Positions 28,392 through 37,915 of a stretch of DNA of 59,555 nt are shown piece after piece. Position 1 is the stretch's first letter. Each line of letters starts with the position of its first letter. This stretch comes from a virus (Duplodnaviria > Caudoviricetes). The DNA lies in IMG/VR virus record IMGVR_UViG_3300050343_000001, positions 1-59,555 of that record; one strand, given 5' to 3'. Position numbers and translations under genes: made by a program. The notes under the pieces were generated by a model. The model was not told where the DNA came from, ran no database searches, and saw nothing but the letters and a program-made list of their open reading frames with translations.

Positions 28392-29597
28392 TTACTGCGG
28401 CTGTCTATAAATTCGAATATTACCTGCGGCGCTAGTACCCCCAGTGGTTCCAGAGTAGCTGGTTGGGCCGCCTCCGGCGCCGCCCGGATAAGTTCCATTT
28501 GCGCCAAAACTGGCGCCCCCGTTTCCAGAATAAAGACTTACCGATCCCGCTGCAGATGTTTCACCAAATCCAGTACTTCTACCATTCCCGCCACTAAATA
28601 TACTAGGTCCTACTACCCCGGGGTTTTGGCCAGAGCTGTCGTGGTCTCTATTACCGAACGTTACACTTAAACTTACTGTACCCGTGTTTATAGGGTTAAC
28701 TGTAGACTGTGTATATGACATATAAGAGTCCTGTACCGCTGAAGCGCTGGTCGCAGTAAAGTTTGTCGTAGAGACGATCTGTCCTATATTAGTGTATGTA
28801 CCGACGCTTTCAGACCCTGTAACTAATGCGCTGTATGTATTAACGCCTAAATTGTCCGTTATCTTCGTTTCTTGATCGTTCTGTAAAGGTTGCCTATTCC
28901 AGCTGGTCGAAGTGGCTCCACTACCACAAACATAAGCAGCTCCGTCAAAATCTGAAACATTACCGATAAAGAATCTGGCTGAACCACCAGTCCCTCCCGG
29001 CTGCCAACTTTGTCCTGAGTATATAAAGGCCGCCGCTTTGGAACCCCCGCATGTAAGATACATAACTATAATGTCTTCTTCTCTCCAACTAGCTGGGGCG
29101 TTCCATGTCCCCGATCCTGTTAGTGTTACATCTGGTGAAGTCCAATCACTAGGTATAAACAACAGTGAGGGGAACTCGCCCGAGACAGTTTGTTTAAAGT
29201 ACCATGCTCCGTCTGCTCTATATATAAATTCAAGCGCTTTAGATTGGTTGAAAGCTGTACTATTAGACGCTGTAATTCCTCTCTCGTCTGTAATCGTTTT
29301 GCCACTAGCAGCTACAGTTAAACTGTTGGTCACCCAAGACCTATTAACATCTATTATACCTACTGAATCGCCCGCCGAAGGATTTGAAGGCAGTGTTATG
29401 GTAAAAGCTCCGCCAGTGGTGTTAGCTGTCAATAAATCCCCCGCCGAAGCAGTATAGTTAGCGGTTTTATTAGCATAAGAAGAACCTCCAACACCGGCGT
29501 TGTTCAAAGCTGTCACTGTAGCTGAATCAACAGACGAAATATTCTGTAAAGCCCTACTATCGTTAATAACAGTAGTATTATTTACTTTTATAGCCAT
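28392..29597 (-). CDS. Tail fibre/receptor-binding protein with Gly-rich C-terminus
   Basis: NTTGGAFTITLPSNPSAGD motif, Gly-rich end. Confidence 0.7.
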   Translation of the reverse strand: MAIKVNNTTVINDSRALQNISSVDSATVTALNNAGVGGSSYANKTANYTASAGDLLTANTTGGAFTITLPSNPSAGDSVGIIDVNRSWVTNSLTVAASGKTITDERGITASNSTAFNQSKALEFIYRADGAWYFKQTVSGEFPSLLFIPSDWTSPDVTLTGSGTWNAPASWREEDIIVMYLTCGGSKAAAFIYSGQSWQPGGTGGSARFFIGNVSDFDGAAYVCGSGATSTSWNRQPLQNDQETKITDNLGVNTYSALVTGSESVGTYTNIGQIVSTTNFTATSASAVQDSYMSYTQSTVNPINTGTVSLSVTFGNRDHDSSGQNPGVVGPSIFSGGNGRSTGFGETSAAGSVSLYSGNGGASFGANGTYPGGAGGGPTSYSGTTGGTSAAGNIRIYRQPQ

Positions 29598-29615
29598 CTT
29601 CGTTTTCCTTTACTA

Positions 29616-31787
29616 TTAGCCGTTAAGTTTTTGTTTTAGCTCGTCAATCTGAGCCTGTTGTTCTTTGATTGCTTCGATTAACAAACCAACCATGTTGCCG
29701 TACTGTACAGATAGGAGCCCTTCAGCACCTTCTTGAACTAGCTCTGGCATAACTTTTTGTACCTCTTGAGCTATAACACCTGAAGACTTCTCGTCAGTTG
29801 CTTTAAGAGTAAATGAATACCCACCCAGCTGTTGAACCTTATCCAAAGCATCAGTGATCGGCGTTATGTCGTCTTTAGCACGTTCGTCTGAAGTGGTATT
29901 AATTGTACCCGCGTTAACCGTAGTAAACGTTACCGTGCTATTTGTGTTCGTAGCCTGATTAGAGGTGTACGTTGTGTACCCAGAACCGTTAGTAAGCTGG
30001 TTATTGTTTGTAATATAGTTAGCGTTTGTTGCACCAGTATAGCCTAAGTTAGCTAAAGTCAGGGTGTGAGAGCCAAGCCCTGTAACATGCCCATATGTAT
30101 CAAGCGTAACGTCTTGGATGACTGTAGCACCGGAGTTGTTAACACTGCTTTGTGAGGAAGTGTCAGAGTGGCTTAGTGTTACATTGCCAGTGCCGCCGCC
30201 TGATAACCCAGAACCTGCAGTGATTGTCTGATCCGCTGTAGCTCCGGTCTCAATACCATCTAACTTAGAGCCGTCTGCAGCTACGTCACGTCCGTCAAAG
30301 GTTGAGTTAGTTGTGATAGCACCTGTCATAGCCCCGCCAGCTTTAGGTAAAGCAGCGTCAGCCTTAGTTCCTTGTCCCGCTGTAGCATATGCGGAGCTTG
30401 CAGTGGTAGCGGCTGTGCCTAAACCTAATGTTGATCTAGCTGTAGCAGCGTCGGCATCGTCAACTAGCGTTTTACCAAATGCACTGATAGTTGTATTAGC
30501 CGGTAACGACAAAGTCTTAATATCACCATCTACTTCAGAATCCATCAAGGCTCCTGCGGCAGTAACGTTGGCGGTGTCTGTCTGATCTGCACCGGACTCT
30601 ATGCCATCAAGTTTTGTGCCGTCTGTAGCTACATCTCGACCATCGAAGGTGCTGTTGGTAGTAATCGGACCTGTCATTGCACCACCAGATAGTGCCAAGG
30701 TGGTTGATTCATTAGCTAACGGAACCCATGCACCAGAGTGTGCGAAGTAGGCTTTTCCTGTTGCATGGACGTGAGCAAACATACCGTGATAAGTAGTAGC
30801 ACTTGGCAAGTTAACTAGGTTTGAATACATGTTAGCGAATAGCATCTTGTTGCCGTTGCCATCTATATCACCCGACATAGTACCACCAGACAAGTTCAAC
30901 TTAGTGGATAAATCTACAGTTGACCAAGCGTAATCACTACCGTTCCAACCAAGATACTGCCCACTGCCCGCACTACTGACATTTACATGTGAATCCACTA
31001 GCGGGTTTACGTTAGCCGCATCTGTTACGTTCGCGCCATCTTCTACGTTTAGTGCAGATAACAGTCCGCTTTTTGATACAGACCCAGTTAAACCCACAAC
31101 AGCTTGTACGGCGTCTGTCTGATCGTGTTTTGACCAATTATTTGCATAAGTAGAAGTAGACGCATTGTCTGTAGTAGCAACGATGTTGTCCCCCACTACA
31201 AACGATATACCATTAACCGTACCCGCCCCTGAAACGTAATAGAACCAGCCTGTTTGAGCAGAGCCACCACCGGGGAAACTACCTGAACCTGCGTTCCAAT
31301 CACCTTTATAGACCATACCGTTTTCAAGTGCGGCAATATCAGTTTCCATTTGGTCAAGATCGACCGCTTGTGTAACCGTAACAAAGTCTAACTTAGTTCC
31401 GTCAGCGGCTACATCACGCCCGTCAACTGTGCCGCCCACAACTAAGTTGTTACCAATGGCTACATTATTACTCGCATCCTCAACTACAGCCTTATCTGCT
31501 GGGTAGGTCAGGAATATATTCTTTGTTCCTATACCCCAGTTAACAGCGTTGTTGGAGTTAGACGATGTAAATACCGTCGTGCGGGTAATAGTCCCCCCAC
31601 TAGACGCATAAGTTCCAAGGCCAACCTCGAAATCCGCATTATCCGTTACCGAGTAATAGACAGTGTCAGCGTTAGATACCTCGGAAGAAAATGTTTGAAA
31701 GCCCGGAACCGCGCCTCCCAGAGTATAAGCCCCAGTCCCCGTAGAGTTAGTGGTTTCTTGTACGCGATCAGCGACGATTAAGGCCAT
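29616..31787 (-). CDS. Tail fibre with C-terminal intramolecular chaperone (peptidase S74-like)
   Basis: SDERAKDDI...GVIAQEVQKVMPELV...YGNMVGLLIEAIKE; three DGRDVAxDGxKLD repeats. Confidence 0.85.
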   Translation of the reverse strand: MALIVADRVQETTNSTGTGAYTLGGAVPGFQTFSSEVSNADTVYYSVTDNADFEVGLGTYASSGGTITRTTVFTSSNSNNAVNWGIGTKNIFLTYPADKAVVEDASNNVAIGNNLVVGGTVDGRDVAADGTKLDFVTVTQAVDLDQMETDIAALENGMVYKGDWNAGSGSFPGGGSAQTGWFYYVSGAGTVNGISFVVGDNIVATTDNASTSTYANNWSKHDQTDAVQAVVGLTGSVSKSGLLSALNVEDGANVTDAANVNPLVDSHVNVSSAGSGQYLGWNGSDYAWSTVDLSTKLNLSGGTMSGDIDGNGNKMLFANMYSNLVNLPSATTYHGMFAHVHATGKAYFAHSGAWVPLANESTTLALSGGAMTGPITTNSTFDGRDVATDGTKLDGIESGADQTDTANVTAAGALMDSEVDGDIKTLSLPANTTISAFGKTLVDDADAATARSTLGLGTAATTASSAYATAGQGTKADAALPKAGGAMTGAITTNSTFDGRDVAADGSKLDGIETGATADQTITAGSGLSGGGTGNVTLSHSDTSSQSSVNNSGATVIQDVTLDTYGHVTGLGSHTLTLANLGYTGATNANYITNNNQLTNGSGYTTYTSNQATNTNSTVTFTTVNAGTINTTSDERAKDDITPITDALDKVQQLGGYSFTLKATDEKSSGVIAQEVQKVMPELVQEGAEGLLSVQYGNMVGLLIEAIKEQQAQIDELKQKLNG

Positions 31788-31805
31788 AGGGCAACCCCTT
31801 TATTT

Positions 31806-32243
31806 TTAAGCGATTCGAATAATAGCGTTCGAAGCGTCCGCTGTTGGGAACTGAATAGTAAATGTACCAGTAGTCGAAGTTTTGTCTGCACCGAAGTCCA
31901 ACACTGCAACTGTTGGATCACCTGCGGCAGTGTCGTTATATATTAACGCGCCCCGTGCTGTAATCGTAGCAGATGTAAACGCAAGGTCAGCAAAGTCTGT
32001 TAACCCTGTTGTCCCTGAAGATGTCGGTGTCACGTTTGTAAGTGTACCCCCACCAGCGCTGTACGAACCTGAGTTAGATACTTCGTTTGCAGAAGTATAC
32101 GCAGTAGTAGTCGCGTTGAACGATGCGCTATTTGTATATAGAGCAAGTTTGAATGTATTGCCTGAAGAAGCAGTGAAGTTGTGTTTACCTTGAAGAAGTT
32201 CTTTCTTGAACGATGTACACATGAAGTTACCTGAAAAGGCCAT
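31806..32243 (-). CDS. Virion structural protein
   Basis: FKLALYT...GGGTL...ARGALIYN...VLDFGADK pattern typical of phage tail-associated proteins. Confidence 0.65.
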   Translation of the reverse strand: MAFSGNFMCTSFKKELLQGKHNFTASSGNTFKLALYTNSASFNATTTAYTSANEVSNSGSYSAGGGTLTNVTPTSSGTTGLTDFADLAFTSATITARGALIYNDTAAGDPTVAVLDFGADKTSTTGTFTIQFPTADASNAIIRIA

Positions 32244-32534
32244 TTAAAGTCTCCTAAGTTGATTTGCGAGGTCAGGAAACCCAGCCTCTTGTAGTTTTAC
32301 GCACGTTGTTGCGCGGTCTTCCTTAACCGCTACTTTAATATAATGCGCGATAATTTGCAACATCTGCGATTTATACGCTTCTGCTTGCATTCGTATCTCG
32401 GGCGGGGCAGAAGTAGACACACTCATTAGCTTGTCTACACACATTTCCGCTACAGAATCAGGACTGTGCCCTCCTTTGTTAGCGGTATGTACTTTTATGG
32501 CGTCAAAGCCAAAATCCATTTCAACTTGCATCAA
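32244..32534 (-). CDS. Hypothetical protein
   Basis: Tightly packed in the late operon. Confidence 0.65.
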   Translation of the reverse strand: MMQVEMDFGFDAIKVHTANKGGHSPDSVAEMCVDKLMSVSTSAPPEIRMQAEAYKSQMLQIIAHYIKVAVKEDRATTCVKLQEAGFPDLANQLRRL

Positions 32535-33166
32535 AGTCTCCCATCTCTGTACTCGTCTGTCGAGCTACGTATTTGAACCCCGGTAAGCTGCCCAAGAGCT
32601 TCGTCGTAACGAGTAGTGTATAGTTGGATGAGGTCGGCCTCACCCTTCATGTATGTGTACGCCTCAATCAAAGAACCATAAAGCAAAGCGGATTCGGCGT
32701 TGTCGCCATACCAAGATGTCCCTGCAGCAACGATTGAAGCCGGGTCGTAGTAGTAATGTAGCTCAACTGTGTAGGTGTCGTCAGGTGTTGGGCCAAGAAT
32801 AAAGTTACCTTGCTCCCCCTCGTAGTCTCCGTCAAACTGAGCGTAGTATTTTGGTAATGCAGAAGTACTCGCTGAAGGGTAGGCTTCACGAATAAAGTTA
32901 ACGTCTTTGTCTATAAGGAACGAATAATCCCCAGACGAATCTATAACAGCTAAAGAAAACACAGAGAGAAAATCATCTGGTCGGCCTAAATATACACTGC
33001 CATTAGAAGTAAGTCCCGTAACATTTTTACGTAGTTCAGGTACCATAATAGATCGGTTAAGGCGTTCTTCTGACTGCCTAACGAACGTAGGAATGTTAGA
33101 GACGAAGCTCGTCTCCTCATTCTGTGTATAATCTTTTATCGCTGCAACCAGCTCTGTGTAGTTCAT
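32531..33166 (-). CDS. Head-tail adaptor (tail tubular A-like)
   Basis: MNYTEL start, LGPTPD..Y.VELHYY, LLYGSLIEAY. Confidence 0.7.
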   Translation of the reverse strand: MNYTELVAAIKDYTQNEETSFVSNIPTFVRQSEERLNRSIMVPELRKNVTGLTSNGSVYLGRPDDFLSVFSLAVIDSSGDYSFLIDKDVNFIREAYPSASTSALPKYYAQFDGDYEGEQGNFILGPTPDDTYTVELHYYYDPASIVAAGTSWYGDNAESALLYGSLIEAYTYMKGEADLIQLYTTRYDEALGQLTGVQIRSSTDEYRDGRL

Positions 33167-33172
33167 TAGAAC

Positions 33173-33463
33173 TTACCCCGCCTTATAACCGCCACCACGA
33201 GTAGCAGCTCCCATACCACGGCATTGACCGCCGGAAGCCGTCATTAGTTTGCCACCCGGAGCCATCTTCTTGACTTTGCCACCGTAAGCCTTCTTCTTAA
33301 CGTCTTCCCTCTCGCGGCCTTCCATCTTTTGAATACGGAAACCTCGGTCCATTGCGTCCATCTCTTCTTTAGTAGCACCCAAACCTGCTGGGCGAAGTTT
33401 AGGTTTATTCGAAGATTTTTTCTTCTTGCCTAAGTTTTTTGGTCTAAGTCTAGGGGTCTGCAT
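33173..33463 (-). CDS. Small basic protein with repeated xAxGG motifs
   Basis: GGAG RBS; Lys/Arg-rich; RGMGAATRG. Confidence 0.6.
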   Translation of the reverse strand: MQTPRLRPKNLGKKKKSSNKPKLRPAGLGATKEEMDAMDRGFRIQKMEGREREDVKKKAYGGKVKKMAPGGKLMTASGGQCRGMGAATRGGGYKAG

Positions 33464-33464
33464 A

Positions 33465-33785
33465 TTAGTCTCCATCTGTTGTTGCTATGGTAACGCTTCC
33501 TACAGAGCCTACCATATATTGAGCCGGGTTCCAAATAGGATTCCAACCAAATAAACCTCTTCCCGGATTAACATCTGGGCGTGGGTTAAGTAAAGATTGC
33601 GGGTCTGTCGAATTAACGTCCCCAAGAAAGTTCTGTGGTTGGTCAGGATCAAGCACATCCTTACCAACACGTAGCCCTGTACGTACTCCATGTTGAACCT
33701 CATATATAAGGTCTTCCAGCTTGTAGCGAAACCCAGTCCGGTCACATATACCGTATGCGTGTTTACCACTAGCATATCCGGGCAT
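33465..33785 (-). CDS. Hypothetical protein
   Basis: YASGKHAYGICDRTGFRY; coupled to neighbours. Confidence 0.65.
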   Translation of the reverse strand: MPGYASGKHAYGICDRTGFRYKLEDLIYEVQHGVRTGLRVGKDVLDPDQPQNFLGDVNSTDPQSLLNPRPDVNPGRGLFGWNPIWNPAQYMVGSVGSVTIATTDGD

Positions 33786-34462
33786 TACATAGCTCCTCTA
33801 AACGGAACCATACGAAGAGTAGACCTGTCTTGGTCTTGGTCTGCAGCCATACGGAATTGCTCTTCATACTCTTGTTTTAAAGGGCCAACTCTTTCTGCGA
33901 CTTCGGGTTTTTTCATAGCGATGTAGTACGCTAAACCAGACACAAGAGCGGGTACAAAACGTGGTGGTATAGAAGTAGTAGCTCCTCCAACACCACTTGA
34001 TAGCCCATCTATACCTTTAAGACGGTAGTAAGCTAACTTGTATGTAGTATCATCATTTGGTACAGGCCAAAGGGTAACTTGCACGTCTGTGGCATTACGC
34101 TGTACATATATTTGGGACGGACGCCCTTGTGTGTTCTTATTCCCTTGCTGTGAATATGTAGAAACACTCATACGTTGGATATACGAATCAAGTTGTTGCG
34201 TCGTGCCTTCATCAGTGCGAAGTTGATGTTCTATCAGGTCAATAGTATCAGAAGGCAGTGTATAAGTAGCTGTACCTGCAGTGAGAGGTATAGTTCCAGC
34301 CTCTATAGTAAATAGGTTTAAACCACGGTTCTGCCACTCTAGCGTCATAATATTAAGGCTTCGACGGGCGGTTTTTAAGTCATACCCCGAACGCATTTCA
34401 AGTCCCGCACGTTCGTACGCCTCTTCAAATAATTCATTTAGCTCTGGTACAACAACTGCCAT
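33785..34462 (-). CDS. Second head-tail adaptor/connector-like protein
   Basis: ARRSLN...W.NRGLN, GRPSQ, LWPVP, LAYYIA. Confidence 0.65.
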   Translation of the reverse strand: MAVVVPELNELFEEAYERAGLEMRSGYDLKTARRSLNIMTLEWQNRGLNLFTIEAGTIPLTAGTATYTLPSDTIDLIEHQLRTDEGTTQQLDSYIQRMSVSTYSQQGNKNTQGRPSQIYVQRNATDVQVTLWPVPNDDTTYKLAYYRLKGIDGLSSGVGGATTSIPPRFVPALVSGLAYYIAMKKPEVAERVGPLKQEYEEQFRMAADQDQDRSTLRMVPFRGAM

Positions 34463-34465
34463 GAT

Positions 34466-34723
34466 CTAGGTCTTTCTATACTTTGCCGTCTTCTTGGCTA
34501 TCTTTTTAGGTTGCTTAGAAACCTGTTTACCTTTTTTAGTAGCCGCTCGTTTAGCCTTGGTAGTAGCAGCGTATTCTTTAGATGACAAAGCTTTTATAGC
34601 TTTAGCGGGTAGATACCGCTCACCTGTAGCCTTTTTCCCTTGCGTCGATGGCTTACCAGACTTTGTACGCCATTTCTGCTTAGTCCATTTACTAAGACTT
34701 TTTTGACTTTTTGCTTTTGCCAT
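34466..34723 (-). CDS. Small Lys-rich protein (resembles C-terminal half of DUF5872-type proteins)
   Basis: SQKSLSKWTKQKW, ERYLPAKA. Confidence 0.6.
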   Translation of the reverse strand: MAKAKSQKSLSKWTKQKWRTKSGKPSTQGKKATGERYLPAKAIKALSSKEYAATTKAKRAATKKGKQVSKQPKKIAKKTAKYRKT

Positions 34724-34883
34724 CGGCTTTAGCCTTCGCTTTCTTACTCAAATCTTTGTAGTGGGATAACTTAACACTTGTTTTGCCGTGGGTCTTGCCT
34801 GTGTGCAACGAACCGTTAGGCATCTTGTGTGTACCTCCTGTATAAAGAGTCCCATCTTTTTTATAGTGCTTTACACCCTTCAT
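34692..34883 (-). CDS. Small Lys/His-rich protein
   Basis: THKMPNGSLHTGKTH; ATGA overlap. Confidence 0.6.
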   Translation of the reverse strand: MKGVKHYKKDGTLYTGGTHKMPNGSLHTGKTHGKTSVKLSHYKDLSKKAKAKADGKSKKSKKS

Positions 34884-35152
34884 TTCCTGTAGCCCCCACC
34901 TTTAGCTTTATACTGTTTTGCGAGCATCTGAGCTTTACGTGCAGACCACTGTCCGGGTTTACCACCTTTACCACCAGCCTTAATCTTGTTGAATAATGCC
35001 TTACGCATTGTAGGTTTAGTGTAATTACCAGCCTCGTTCACACGACTCTTGGCCTTACCACCCTTAGCCATAGCCGCTACAGGTTTACGGGGCACTGCTT
35101 TTTTAACGCGGTTTCCTGTAAGTTGTCTTCCCATAGAACTACGTCCCATCAT
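34880..35152 (-). CDS. Small Lys-rich protein (resembles N-terminal half of DUF5872-type proteins)
   Basis: NYTKPTMRK...GGKGGKPGQWSARKAQML...GGGY. Confidence 0.65.
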   Translation of the reverse strand: MMGRSSMGRQLTGNRVKKAVPRKPVAAMAKGGKAKSRVNEAGNYTKPTMRKALFNKIKAGGKGGKPGQWSARKAQMLAKQYKAKGGGYRK

Positions 35153-35153
35153 A

Positions 35154-35447
35154 TCAACATTTCCACCTTTTTCTAGCTTGCCGCAATCTACTGTTAGGGT
35201 CTTTGGCCGCTTTAGGGAATTGTTTCATCTGTCCCGCAGAACGTGCGCAATAGGACTTACGGCGTTTAGCTGCCGCACTTCCCTTTTTAACCTTGCCAGT
35301 AACGGCTGTTTTTAGTTTAGAGCCGGGGTTATCCCGACGATACTTGGCCACACCTTTTTTAGTCATCCCCGCGCCAGACTTAGTTGGGCGTTTTTGACCA
35401 CCTTTTATGGTGTGACCTTTCATTGTACCTTTTTTCTTAGCAGCCAT
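35154..35447 (-). CDS. Small Lys/Arg-rich protein
   Basis: NPGSKLK...RRKSYCARS...DPNSR...RKRWKC. Confidence 0.65.
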   Translation of the reverse strand: MAAKKKGTMKGHTIKGGQKRPTKSGAGMTKKGVAKYRRDNPGSKLKTAVTGKVKKGSAAAKRRKSYCARSAGQMKQFPKAAKDPNSRLRQARKRWKC

Positions 35448-35448
35448 G

Positions 35449-35733
35449 TTACTCTATAAGCAATGTCATCTTGTTTCCTGAACCTGTAAAGGCAGAAACA
35501 AAACAACCGTTATCAGCTAAAATACCATCGTTGGGGATATAAACATCGTTCCAACCAGTAGGTAAAGTTAACTGTAGTATAATAGGGCCGGTAGCTGACC
35601 CACTACGAATAGTGAAAGCGGCTGCAGATGCAGCGTTCACTAGAACCCCCTGCAGTCTACCGCGTGATGGGCCTACAAGTGCGGCGCTATCGCCTACCGC
35701 AAAGTTATAAGCTCGTACTTCTTGACCAGCCAT
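35449..35733 (-). CDS. Hypothetical virion-module protein
   Basis: Operon packing. Confidence 0.6.
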   Translation of the reverse strand: MAGQEVRAYNFAVGDSAALVGPSRGRLQGVLVNAASAAAFTIRSGSATGPIILQLTLPTGWNDVYIPNDGILADNGCFVSAFTGSGNKMTLLIE

Positions 35734-35736
35734 AAT

Positions 35737-35922
35737 CTAGTCCTTTTTCTTTGCAGGACGGCCACGTTTCTTAACAGGTTTTTCTTCCCACGCCTCATTT
35801 ACATCAGGTGTAGAAGGATCATCCGCTTGGAGAGTGCCGTCTTTTTTTCGTGCGCGAACTTTAACAGTACCAATTCCTCGGGCTGCTAGTTCTTCTTCGG
35901 ATGGAGGGGCAAATCTACTCAT
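35737..35922 (-). CDS. Small protein with AT-hook-like tail
   Basis: ADDPSTPDVNEAW; KKRGRPAKK. Confidence 0.6.
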   Translation of the reverse strand: MSRFAPPSEEELAARGIGTVKVRARKKDGTLQADDPSTPDVNEAWEEKPVKKRGRPAKKKD

Positions 35923-35932
35923 TAGATACCCC

Positions 35933-36157
35933 CTATGCTGCTGCTATTGTGCCGCCTGTGTCAGAACGCTTCCAGTTTGTTCCGTCAGAGAAAGCTAATA
36001 TTGCTGCGCCTGCTGCGCCGTTTGAAACAAATACAACAGTACCTGCGCCAGCCGCTGAAGCTGAAGGTGCATTTGCAACTGTATATGTTGGGACGACAAT
36101 GTCGCCAATAAATCCAGCAGTTGAAGTCACTGGACCTGAGAATGTAGTTGAAGCCAT
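35933..36157 (-). CDS. Small putative capsid-associated protein
   Basis: MASTTFSGPV start; first gene after the capsid terminator. Confidence 0.6.
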   Translation of the reverse strand: MASTTFSGPVTSTAGFIGDIVVPTYTVANAPSASAAGAGTVVFVSNGAAGAAILAFSDGTNWKRSDTGGTIAAA

Positions 36158-36275
36158 TTTAGTACCCTTTGCATAAGGATTCGCCTTGTAGTCTATGCAA
36201 CGTCAGGTGGGTATATAAACCTGTCTACAAAGCTAATGTTGTACCCGTTAACTGGATCATACAACACCTTTAGAC

Positions 36276-36302
36276 AAAAAGAAAGCCCCACCGAAGCGGA
36301 GC
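36276..36302 (-). terminator. Rho-independent terminator after the major capsid gene
   Basis: On - strand GCTCCGC-TTCG-GTGGGGC-TTTCTTTTT. Confidence 0.8.
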
Positions 36303-36326
36303 CTTCCAAATTTAAGTATTAGGAGC

Positions 36327-37232
36327 TTACGCGCCTTGTGATCCGTAGATACCTAATGGGTCAGAAACACCGAAGCTGTAACGCTCACGCGCTTTGTAGC
36401 GCACGTTGCCAGTGTCGAAGTCTCCATCCATTCCTGTAGCCATCGCAGAACGTACGAAGTGCTTCATACCATTAGGGATGTCTGTAGTCAGGAACCAAGC
36501 GTCAGCGTCTGTAAGATAATGGTTTACGCCATATCCTTCAGCAACTGCACCGTTAGAGCTGATTGCATTGATATCGTTATCCGCTGTACCTACACGTAAA
36601 GTTGTTTCCAACAAACGAGTTGCTACGAACTGTAACGCAGACGGGATGATTAGCTTTCTAGCGCGAGCTGCGATAAGTAAGCCACGTTCGTCTGTGTATC
36701 CACCAATGTCGATAATCGCTTGTTCAAGCGAAGTCTCGTTAAGGTCAGCACTAACCGCTGGACGGTTAGAGTTTGTACCGCCACCAACTGTTGGGTGTGC
36801 AGTGTTGAACAATGTTACACCATCACCAGACTGGAAAGTGTCAAAGCCCGTGTTGAGCAATGAGGCGGCTTTAACCTGCTTAGTGTATGCCATAGCGCGA
36901 GCTAAAGCTTTTGTGTAACGTGAGGACAAAGAATCGTACAAGTTATCTTCCATCGCTTCTTCAGTGATGGCGAAACCCATAGCGATAGTTTCGTGTGTGT
37001 AGCGAGCTGTGAACGCCTCTTGCGCATTATCGTACGCAATAGATGAACCTTCAGCCTTTGTTGGTGCTGCACCGAAACCAGACAATTTAACTTCTTCTTC
37101 AAAGCTACGCTCTGAATTTTCTGTCTCATAGATGTCCGCGTGTTCGTTTTCGTATTTGCCGTACTCAAGCCCAAATAAGGCATTAAGTCCGGGTAAGAGC
37201 TCTTTAAGCGCCTGTGCGCGTGAAATAGCCAT
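36327..37232 (-). CDS. Major capsid protein
   Basis: 301 aa; follows scaffold; KARERYSFGVSDP C-terminal pattern; strong RBS AAGGAGG; own terminator. Confidence 0.85.
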   Translation of the reverse strand: MAISRAQALKELLPGLNALFGLEYGKYENEHADIYETENSERSFEEEVKLSGFGAAPTKAEGSSIAYDNAQEAFTARYTHETIAMGFAITEEAMEDNLYDSLSSRYTKALARAMAYTKQVKAASLLNTGFDTFQSGDGVTLFNTAHPTVGGGTNSNRPAVSADLNETSLEQAIIDIGGYTDERGLLIAARARKLIIPSALQFVATRLLETTLRVGTADNDINAISSNGAVAEGYGVNHYLTDADAWFLTTDIPNGMKHFVRSAMATGMDGDFDTGNVRYKARERYSFGVSDPLGIYGSQGA

Positions 37233-37245
37233 GTGTTATCCCTCC

Positions 37246-37851
37246 TTACAAGCCAACAGCGTTAGTCATGCTGCTGTAGCCGGGGTTAAGTTTAACCAAA
37301 AGATCAGGAAACGCATCACCAATAGGTGATACAGCGGCCACGATACGGAAGGCGGCGGTGGTAGTCTTAGTTGTCGCGTCAACGGCACTTGTAGAGTTAC
37401 CAGTAGCAGTTCTGCCAGTAGATGTAGACTGAGCAGCTGCGAAGAAAGTGTTCGCACCTATATCAGACTGGTCCATAGCGCCATCTGCTTGTACTTGGAA
37501 TAGTACGTTTGGATCGTCTACAACCAATGCTTTCGCGTTTATTGCACCAGACGGGTAATATTGCGAGTATACAGTCTGACCAAGGTCATTCTCGTACTCA
37601 CACCCTACAAACACACCAAGAGAACCAGTTAAGGTTGTTCCTGTTGGTAATGCGTTTGTAGTACCGTCGGCACCTGTTGCAGTTGATAGTGCGATGTAAC
37701 CATCAGCACCGATATGAACGACTTGACCGTTAAAGAGGTTTGTTGCCTCTCCAGCGGGGTCGATCAAGTACTGGGATGTCGCCCCAGCGTAGGCCATTCC
37801 GTCGGCACGTTTTACCGGCTTTAGACCATAGGGAGCAGCTGTAGTAGCCAT
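37246..37851 (-). CDS. Capsid-associated/decoration protein
   Basis: APYGLKP, GVFVGCEY, VDDPNVLF; immediately upstream of capsid gene. Confidence 0.6.
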   Translation of the reverse strand: MATTAAPYGLKPVKRADGMAYAGATSQYLIDPAGEATNLFNGQVVHIGADGYIALSTATGADGTTNALPTGTTLTGSLGVFVGCEYENDLGQTVYSQYYPSGAINAKALVVDDPNVLFQVQADGAMDQSDIGANTFFAAAQSTSTGRTATGNSTSAVDATTKTTTAAFRIVAAVSPIGDAFPDLLVKLNPGYSSMTNAVGL

Positions 37852-37915
37852 GATGCTCTTCCTCCAGATTTATTTACTTTTGAAGTAAAGAGCCTCATTG
37901 CCCCTTACCTTATAG

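Noticed and set aside
29616-31787. Diversity-generating retroelement from repeated fibre segments
   Set aside because: The repeats are in-frame structural units, and no reverse transcriptase is encoded.
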